A stretch of 41,714 nt of DNA from an uncultured Candidatus Bathyarchaeia archaeon (lineage in GTDB: Archaea > Thermoproteota > Bathyarchaeia > Bathyarchaeales > DTEX01): NCBI GenBank assembly GCA_964529605.1, contig CAZGXE010000001.1, positions 1-41,714 on the forward strand. Direction: 5' to 3'. The position numbers and the translations under genes were made by a program. Under the pieces are notes generated by a model. It made no database searches, had not been told where the DNA came from, and saw only the letters and a program-made list of their open reading frames with translations. Numbering within the stretch: the stretch's first letter is position 1; every line of letters starts with the position of its first letter. This document shows, in pieces, positions 35,238 to 41,714 of this stretch.

Positions 35238-36929
35238 CTAGGGTTTAGGGTATCGCCATATTTTGTTGAGGTTTATTTCGAATGCGGCTGCAGGATTTTC
35301 TAGACTCCAGTTTTGAAGCACCAGCGGGTGTATCTCACCTATGAGGCCGACTGCCTCTTCTCTAATGATTATTTTTCCAACCCGCCCCTCAATGAAGCTT
35401 CCATGGGTTGTTTCCTTAAGCTGGTACCCTACTCCCAGATTGGTGAGTAATGCGTCAAGAGCTGATTTAGCCTCTGAGAAGCCGGCGTTTGAGTGTATTG
35501 TTACGCACGCTAGCTTCTCAACATCCCTAGTCTTATTTGTTCTTTTTTCATCATGCAGAACACAGTAGCCGATCTCAAATATTCTCTGCGGATACTCAAC
35601 ATGCGTATTTCGGCTGAGGAACTCCATTAGGTTTGGCAGTAGCCAACTTCTTAGGCAAGTCATGGAGGAAACCTTCGGGTTCGCTACCTCCACAACCCTT
35701 TCAGGAGGAATATTCATCCTCTTGAAGAGAACATCCGGGTTAGTTAGGGTGAAAGTTAAGATCTCCTGATATCCTAGGCCAACCATGAGCTCCCTGACGA
35801 GGTTGCGGAGCCGAGTTTCCCTCGATAATCCGCCAACAGTTGATATTTGAGGCCACTTAGGCTCCATCCTGTTCAGGTCGTAAGCTATGGATATATCCTC
35901 AACTATGTCTATTGGATGCATTATGTCTGGGCGATAGCAGGGGATCTCAACAATTATTTCATTCTCCGCCGCCTTAGAAACACCATACCTAGCTCTCTCC
36001 AAGAGGCCAGTGACCTCTTGGATGGTTAAAGGAATCCCTATGACCTCCCTTATGTAATCGACGCTTATGCTCATTTTCTCCGTTTTGAGATCTGGGGTTA
36101 CCGCTCTCTTTAGGTTTCCGTATGGATAGTGGATTTCAGCCGAATAGATGGCTCCACCCCTATCCGCTAAGGCTGCGGTTATGTTTGTTAATGTGTACAG
36201 AACCGTTTTGTAGGATGTGCCGGTTACTTCAACAAGAACGTTCCCCGTTGCCTTGGTCACTCTTCCAAGATCGTTTGAGTTAATTATTGGCGGGAAAGAT
36301 AACACCTTGCTCTTAGAGTCTATGAAAATTGGCCAAGTACTAAACGGCTTAACTATATGCCCATACTCTATGCCCTTTGGATGCTTCTCAAGGATTTCAG
36401 CTAAAGTTAATTCCTCGCTAAAACCTAGTGGAACGAACCTTGTTTCATTAGGTTTGGAAACAGTGTAGCGTAGTGGAGGCGTTATCAGGTCGAAGTCGTA
36501 GAGGCCGATTGAGGTTCTCCGCCTACTGCGCCCATATGTTTGATCCATCTTATCTTGGAAGCGCATAATGTGGCGTATAGCTGCATCGCTTAGTTTAACG
36601 TTCTTAATAACTGCGCATGCAATGTATGGCCGTATGTTTCTCAAGCGTGGATCAACAGTTACTTCAACATTTGAGCTTCCAGCCACCTCGTATCGTTTAA
36701 GCCCCTTCTCAATGTTTAACATTCCCTTTAGGGCACGTGCTATTCCCTCAACGCTCCATAGGTCAGCCCTGTTACTGTCCTTAACGTCTATATGAATCTC
36801 TTCCTCATCCGCATATTTCACCTCGCCCTTTATGAATGATAGGAGTTCATCGAGTTTCTCCGGGTCAACGGGTAATTTTAACCCTAGAAGAAACTCTAGG
36901 TCTTCACGTTCAACCTCAACTGTGGGCAT
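35238..36929 (-). CDS. pheT: Phenylalanyl-tRNA synthetase beta subunit (archaeal/eukaryal type)
   Basis: MPTVEVEREDLEFLLG, B3/4 and B5 domain-like regions are present. The length of 563 aa fits, and the gene sits immediately downstream of pheS. Confidence 0.9.
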   Translation of the reverse strand: MPTVEVEREDLEFLLGLKLPVDPEKLDELLSFIKGEVKYADEEEIHIDVKDSNRADLWSVEGIARALKGMLNIEKGLKRYEVAGSSNVEVTVDPRLRNIRPYIACAVIKNVKLSDAAIRHIMRFQDKMDQTYGRSRRRTSIGLYDFDLITPPLRYTVSKPNETRFVPLGFSEELTLAEILEKHPKGIEYGHIVKPFSTWPIFIDSKSKVLSFPPIINSNDLGRVTKATGNVLVEVTGTSYKTVLYTLTNITAALADRGGAIYSAEIHYPYGNLKRAVTPDLKTEKMSISVDYIREVIGIPLTIQEVTGLLERARYGVSKAAENEIIVEIPCYRPDIMHPIDIVEDISIAYDLNRMEPKWPQISTVGGLSRETRLRNLVRELMVGLGYQEILTFTLTNPDVLFKRMNIPPERVVEVANPKVSSMTCLRSWLLPNLMEFLSRNTHVEYPQRIFEIGYCVLHDEKRTNKTRDVEKLACVTIHSNAGFSEAKSALDALLTNLGVGYQLKETTHGSFIEGRVGKIIIREEAVGLIGEIHPLVLQNWSLENPAAAFEINLNKIWRYPKP

Positions 36930-36930
36930 A

Positions 36931-38439
36931 TTATATCATCCCCTTTCTCCTAAGCCACTCTAGGTCCTGGGTGAATAGGTAACGTATATCATTTATTCCA
37001 GCCTTCATCATGAATAGGCGGTCAACCCCCAGCCCCCAGGCTAAAACCGGAACCTCAATGCCGAGCGGCAAGGTTACTTCCGGCCGGAAGATTCCGGCTC
37101 CCCCAAACTCCATCCATCCGTAACCCCTCTTGTAGGCGGATAATTCAACACTGGGCTCCGTGAATGGGAAGTAGTCGGGCTTAAACCTAACTTTATCTGC
37201 TTCAGCTATGTCTATGGCGAATCGCTCAAGTATTCCTAGGAGATCGCGTAGGGTTAAGTCTTCGCCAACAACTATACCCTCGACCTGATTGAACTCGCTT
37301 AGGTGGGTTCTGTCAACGAGCTCCGGCCTATAGCAGCGTGCGATTGCAAAGTATTTTCCCGGCATCTCAAGCTCATCGCTTATTAGCATTCTTACGCTCA
37401 CAGATGTTGTGTGGCTTCGCAGAATCAGCCTAGTAGCCATAGGAAGCGAGAATCTATATCCCCATCCCCTCGAATTAGTTTTCCATCCGTTTTCATGGGT
37501 TTCTTTCACTTGGTTGAGAAGTTTCTTGTAGGGTGTGAGATCGCCGTACTCAGGCTCCTTAATAAGGTACATGTCGTGGATCTCTCTAGCCGGATGGTCT
37601 TGAGGCATGTAGAGAGCGTCGCAATTGAAGAAGCTTACTTCAACTATTGGCCCCCTCATCTCCTTAAATCCTAGGGCAACTAGATTCTCTCTCATCTCAT
37701 CCAGAAACCTTAAGTATGGATGTTTTTTACCAGGCCATATTCTGGGCGCTTGGGCTCCAATATTGTACTTTAAAATTTTTTTCTCACGCCATTTCCCAGT
37801 AACAATTAATTCGGGTGTCAGCTGTGTTATCTCCTCAATTACCTTTATGCCTTCTTTAATTAGCTTCCAGCCTTCGCTTGTTAACTCAAGCTCCCTAATC
37901 GTCTCCTCATGCGTTTCAATGATCTTTCTTCCTCTAAGAATTCTGAAGGCTTCTTTTAGCTCCTCATCCAGTTCCTCAACGATTAATGTTCCAGCCTCTT
38001 TGAGTGTTGATAGAAGCTTTTCATCAGCTCCAGCCGTCGGCTCCTTTAAAAGCCTAATCTTCTTCTCTCTTGAGTCTATTCTTGCCCAGCCCTTACGTGC
38101 AAGCCAGCCTAGCGCTATGGCGGCTCTTCTAGATTCAATGCCAGCTGCCTCCAGAAGAGTTTTTGTTGATGCCTCGCCGCCCATTTTTATTAAGGCTTCA
38201 GCAAGCAGTCTCTCCGGGAGCTTGTCTTCAGCGTATTTTCTCCCCTCCTCATTCAACCTAATCCTAGTGATTTTCCTCTCATGAATTTTCACGAGATTTT
38301 TGGACTTAAGCGATAGGGCAGCTCGCATAACTGCCACATGCGCTAAGCCGCTTTCTTTGGCAAGTTTACTTATCGTTGATTTCCCACCGGCTTCCTTTAG
38401 TGCGAGAAGGGTTTTTCTCTCGTTTTCGCGTAATTCCAC
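36931..38439 (-). CDS. pheS: Phenylalanyl-tRNA synthetase alpha subunit with N-terminal winged-helix repeats
   Basis: Class II motifs are present: HPYLRFLDEMRENLVALGF (motif 1 region), FAIARCYRPE (motif 2) and GLGVDRL (motif 3). Confidence 0.9.
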   Translation of the reverse strand: MELRENERKTLLALKEAGGKSTISKLAKESGLAHVAVMRAALSLKSKNLVKIHERKITRIRLNEEGRKYAEDKLPERLLAEALIKMGGEASTKTLLEAAGIESRRAAIALGWLARKGWARIDSREKKIRLLKEPTAGADEKLLSTLKEAGTLIVEELDEELKEAFRILRGRKIIETHEETIRELELTSEGWKLIKEGIKVIEEITQLTPELIVTGKWREKKILKYNIGAQAPRIWPGKKHPYLRFLDEMRENLVALGFKEMRGPIVEVSFFNCDALYMPQDHPAREIHDMYLIKEPEYGDLTPYKKLLNQVKETHENGWKTNSRGWGYRFSLPMATRLILRSHTTSVSVRMLISDELEMPGKYFAIARCYRPELVDRTHLSEFNQVEGIVVGEDLTLRDLLGILERFAIDIAEADKVRFKPDYFPFTEPSVELSAYKRGYGWMEFGGAGIFRPEVTLPLGIEVPVLAWGLGVDRLFMMKAGINDIRYLFTQDLEWLRRKGMI

Positions 38440-38530
38440 AGCTTTTCCCCTCTTTCAGCAGCGATTACTCTTGAGACTGATTAATGTTTTGGAAACTAAT
38501 ACTTAACTTTTCACGATTTGTTCAGATTTT

Positions 38531-39562
38531 TTAAAACCATGCGTCAAGAGTTCTTTTCGCCCTAGCCTTCCTCATCCCCTCAATAGCCTTATTTAGAGCC
38601 TTGCGCACACGGCTCTCTGAGAAGTCTCTTTCTCCGCATAGAAAGTCCACAACTCCATTAACATCTGCTTCTTTCCACATCAACCTATAATTGTCCGTGA
38701 CGTTTGGATGAAGGAATATCTCCCTTATCTCAGCTGGGTCAACGGGGAACTCTGCATTCTTTATTGCCGGTAAAGCCGCCTCTAGGCTTCCATGGGTCTT
38801 GATGAGTTTGAGGGCGCTTTTTGGACCTATACCTTTGATACCCTCTGGATTAAAGTCTGTTCCTATAAGTATCCCTATGTCAATTAATTGCTCATGCGTT
38901 ATATTCAGTTCCTTTAGAACCTGCTCTAACTCAATTATCTCCGGAGTAACCTCAACATAAACGTTCTTTCGCGGAAGTTTTCTTCTGCCGGATATCGTTA
39001 GGTTTCTAAGCAGAGACGGTGCGCCGAAGAGTAAGCTGTCGTAATCTTGGCTCGCGCAGAAGTCTGCGTCACCCTTTTTAGCCAGATGAGCAGCTTGCGC
39101 CTCACCCTCGGAGGGGGCTTGAACCCATGGAACGCCCATAAGCGTTAGCAGGCGCTTAGCATCTTCAGTCATATAATCCTTTAGACGCGAGGTCATCTGC
39201 GCATACATCCGTGCTTCCTCGATTTTCCCCTCCTTTAGGGCGAGCTCATACTTTTTTATGGCCTCCTCCTTCATCCGCATTCTCCTCTTAATCTCAGCCT
39301 CTTTCAGGGCTGGCGGAACCCCATCAAAAACATATATGACTTTTATCCCCAACTCAAGTAGATTGCATGTTCTATAAAATAGGCCGCTTAGGTGGCTTGT
39401 AACCCTCCCAGTGTGATCCATTAGGGGTGTTCCATTAGGCTGCCTAATTATAGCAAGAAACTGATAGAGTGCATTGTAGGCGTCTATTGCAACGGTCTTT
39501 CCGCTGAGACTGCTTAAGTCAGTCGTTTCCCTTGGAACTAAATCACCTAAATCGACGCCCAT
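38531..39562 (-). CDS. fen: Flap endonuclease 1
   Basis: MGVDLGDL...AIDAYNALYQFL, APSEGEAQAA, SQDYDSLLFG and the H3TH motif GIGPKSALKL are present. The C-terminal PIP-like box is KRTLDAWF. Confidence 0.95.
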   Translation of the reverse strand: MGVDLGDLVPRETTDLSSLSGKTVAIDAYNALYQFLAIIRQPNGTPLMDHTGRVTSHLSGLFYRTCNLLELGIKVIYVFDGVPPALKEAEIKRRMRMKEEAIKKYELALKEGKIEEARMYAQMTSRLKDYMTEDAKRLLTLMGVPWVQAPSEGEAQAAHLAKKGDADFCASQDYDSLLFGAPSLLRNLTISGRRKLPRKNVYVEVTPEIIELEQVLKELNITHEQLIDIGILIGTDFNPEGIKGIGPKSALKLIKTHGSLEAALPAIKNAEFPVDPAEIREIFLHPNVTDNYRLMWKEADVNGVVDFLCGERDFSESRVRKALNKAIEGMRKARAKRTLDAWF

Positions 39563-39639
39563 TAAAATCAGCTCTCTCCAAGAGAAATTAATCAGCGTTG
39601 GAGAATAAAAAACTTAATGTAATTGAAAATTTCCATGCT

Positions 39640-40407
39640 TTAGTTTTTCTTGAGAGTCCGCTGGGAGGGAGTACGTGGCTTCCGCTCTTCAATCTTGCGT
39701 AGTTCCTTCTTAAGGATGGAGACTAAGTGGTTAACTATTGCATTAACAGCCTTCTCCCCCAGCTCCGGCGACGCTGTCTTCTTAAGATCCTCCTTCCACT
39801 CCCATATCGGCTCCTCATGGTAGTAATTGTGTGGAGGATTAGAATATGTGTAAACCTTCACCTTTCCAGTTTGAAACTGATCGATCTTGGTGAGTTCAGG
39901 ATACATGTACCAAAACATCGATGTCTCCCATTTCCCAGCGTGATCTGCAGGGGTCTCGCCTTCTATTTTTACGCCTTCATATTCAGGTTGAACTATAACC
40001 TGCACATCCTGATAGCATCGGTTAAAGTCTTCGGCAACATCCTTTAGGCAATTAACTTGGCATGGACCATAATGTCCGGTGATGACAAGTATGATTTTCG
40101 CACCGACCTTTCTTAGTTGCTCGAAGAGCTCGAAGAAGAGGGATCTGATTAAGCCGTCGCTGAAGGTTAAGGTTCCCACATAAGATGAGAATCCAGGGCG
40201 GCCCCAATAGTTGGGTGGAAGCACGATTCCTCCACCCAGCTTCTTGGCAACCCGGATGGATATGCCATAGGCTTTTAAAGCATCTTGGCCGAGGGGCAAA
40301 TGGTCTCCATGCCATTCGAGAAGACCTGTTGGAACTATGAAGACAGGCATCTTCTTCACAGCTTCTAAAAATTCCTTAGGAGTCATCTTTTCATACTCAA
40401 CTTTCAT
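39640..40407 (-). CDS. Creatininase-family amidohydrolase (creatinine amidohydrolase / ArfB-like; substrate unknown)
   Basis: PTGLLEWHGDHLPLGQD and VITGHYGP resemble the family metal-binding motifs. Confidence 0.65.
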   Translation of the reverse strand: MKVEYEKMTPKEFLEAVKKMPVFIVPTGLLEWHGDHLPLGQDALKAYGISIRVAKKLGGGIVLPPNYWGRPGFSSYVGTLTFSDGLIRSLFFELFEQLRKVGAKIILVITGHYGPCQVNCLKDVAEDFNRCYQDVQVIVQPEYEGVKIEGETPADHAGKWETSMFWYMYPELTKIDQFQTGKVKVYTYSNPPHNYYHEEPIWEWKEDLKKTASPELGEKAVNAIVNHLVSILKKELRKIEERKPRTPSQRTLKKN

Positions 40408-40477
40408 AATAACCTTCCCACCAATACTCCGCCAATTTTACCATATGTCTTTTTTGTTCAATTGTTCAGAGAGCTAC

Positions 40478-41714
40478 CTATTTGATTCGAATCAGAGTTT
40501 TCTTCCTAATCTTTAGGATTATTGGGAATAGGTTTTCGAAGGCTGCTTTAATCTCATCGCTGTGTCTTTCAGCAATGAGGAATAGGGCTGGAACATTTGA
40601 GGAGACTGCGAACTCCACGGCGTGCCTTGCAAACCTGTAGGCCCTTTCAAATCCTAGAGAGTGAATTAGGTCCGTGAGGTTATCGAAGAGTAGTGAATAC
40701 CGCTCTGTCGCCGCCAACCGTATTTCTCCAAGCAGGTGGGTTAAGTCGTAAAGGGGCAGGTCAACCTCCCAGTCTGAAACCGTAACCCTCTTTGAGAGTT
40801 TAGGTGAAAGATAAAAAATACGCACTTGTTTATTGGACAGGAGCTTAAGAATCCCGGATCCTCTCCTAGAGAAGACTGCAAGCTTCTCATTGTTAGCCAA
40901 GACCTCGGAGATGTAGGCTTTAATCCCCCTCTCATATCTTTCAGAGGGGTTAAACTCGGCTAGAATCGGGTTTCCAAAGAGATCCTTATGGGTAGCTCCA
41001 AGCCGCCGTGAAAAGGCATCTAAATCTTCCTCAACGAAGCCCTCCGGCAGGAAGATGCTTCGAAATCTTCCATCGGCTATTTCATATATCAGATTTTTCT
41101 CCCTAATGTATTTTTCGTGAGATTTAATTAAACTTATTGTGTCAACTTCAATAATGGGATATATCGCATTCCAAAACTCTATTAGTTCAGGCAATAGAAT
41201 TTCTTCTTCCACATCTCCTCTTTTAAGATAATTTAATGCGTTATCTATAATCTTAACCATTTGAGAGATGCTGGTTTCCTTAAGGAGGGAAATTTTCCCT
41301 TCAATGAAGTTTACATTTTCATCAAGTTCTGTTTCTTTTAAATATTTTTCAAACTTAAGATGTCTTTGCCCGAGTCCTCCCTCATATATTGAACTGAAAA
41401 ATTTTTGGAGGAAAATGGAGACCCTTTCTGACATTTTTCCGCTTTCCACTAAAAGTGATGGTTTCTCTATCTTTTCTTTCAATAGGATGCCATACGTTAT
41501 CATTAAGAGCCCTAAGATTGCGGCGATTCCTCCGATTGGAGGAATATTGGGAAATCTTTGAAGCATAAGAATGTTATAAATCACTACGCCAAAGAAGAAA
41601 ATTACTGTGAAGCCAAAAAGTATAAATTTATACTTCTTTCTAATAATTGGAACTTTGCTTTCTATGATAGGTCTTGTTATCCATATATAGTTTAGTATAA
41701 CGTAAAAAATGGTT
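40478..41714 (-). CDS. Multi-pass membrane protein with a C-terminal DUF835-like (KaiC/RecA-like, no Walker motifs) domain. It is 5'-partial because the frame is open to the window edge.
   Basis: The C-terminus (RIFYLSPKLSK...YSLLFDNLTDLIHSLGFERAYRFARHAVEFAVSSNVPALFLIAE) fits the DUF835 pattern. Upstream of the listed GTG at 41584 the frame stays open and hydrophobic (...FILFGFTVIFFFGVV) as far as 41714. Confidence 0.45.
   Translation of the reverse strand, partial: TIFYVILNYIWITRPIIESKVPIIRKKYKFILFGFTVIFFFGVVIYNILMLQRFPNIPPIGGIAAILGLLMITYGILLKEKIEKPSLLVESGKMSERVSIFLQKFFSSIYEGGLGQRHLKFEKYLKETELDENVNFIEGKISLLKETSISQMVKIIDNALNYLKRGDVEEEILLPELIEFWNAIYPIIEVDTISLIKSHEKYIREKNLIYEIADGRFRSIFLPEGFVEEDLDAFSRRLGATHKDLFGNPILAEFNPSERYERGIKAYISEVLANNEKLAVFSRRGSGILKLLSNKQVRIFYLSPKLSKRVTVSDWEVDLPLYDLTHLLGEIRLAATERYSLLFDNLTDLIHSLGFERAYRFARHAVEFAVSSNVPALFLIAERHSDEIKAAFENLFPIILKIRKKTLIRIK

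Overview
This is an archaeal core-chromosome window, about 90% coding. I saw no CRISPR array, transposase, tRNA or rRNA gene. Content is mostly information processing. It holds two ribosomal/RNAP superoperon segments: secE-spt5-L11-L1-L10, and S13-S4-S11-rpoD-L18e-L13-S9-rpoN-eno-S2. It also holds L7Ae-S28e-L24e, eS26, family-B DNA polymerase, FEN1, endonuclease Q, PheRS alpha/beta, GluRS, DTD2 and Rio2. A contiguous archaeal isoprenoid cluster is present (MEMO-like, mevalonate kinase, isopentenyl phosphate kinase, type-2 IDI, GGPP synthase). The presence of eS26 together with the Spt5/RpoD/RpoN organisation suggests a TACK-type archaeon (inference only). Four gene pairs show GTGA start/stop overlaps (13130, 15011, 20126, 21816), which points to translationally coupled operons. 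No defence island or obviously novel multi-gene system is visible. The items most worth a second look are: (1) a 361-aa intein splitting the conserved GLS/SDP motif of endonuclease Q; (2) a roughly 210-250 nt GC-rich, heavily base-paired intergenic element at 34.95-35.19 kb that I cannot assign to SRP or RNase P RNA and that has ACA-box and GA-motif features; (3) a Rio2 kinase translationally coupled to a DUF460 RNase-H-fold/coiled-coil protein; (4) a MEMO-family gene whose conserved N-terminus has no canonical start codon; (5) a cytidylate-kinase-like protein with Walker-A Lys replaced by Cys, directly upstream of a LarA homolog; (6) an N-terminal PIP-like box on PolB that nearly matches the C-terminal PIP box of the neighbouring EndoQ. 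All functional calls come from motif recognition by eye in the supplied translations. No database search was run.
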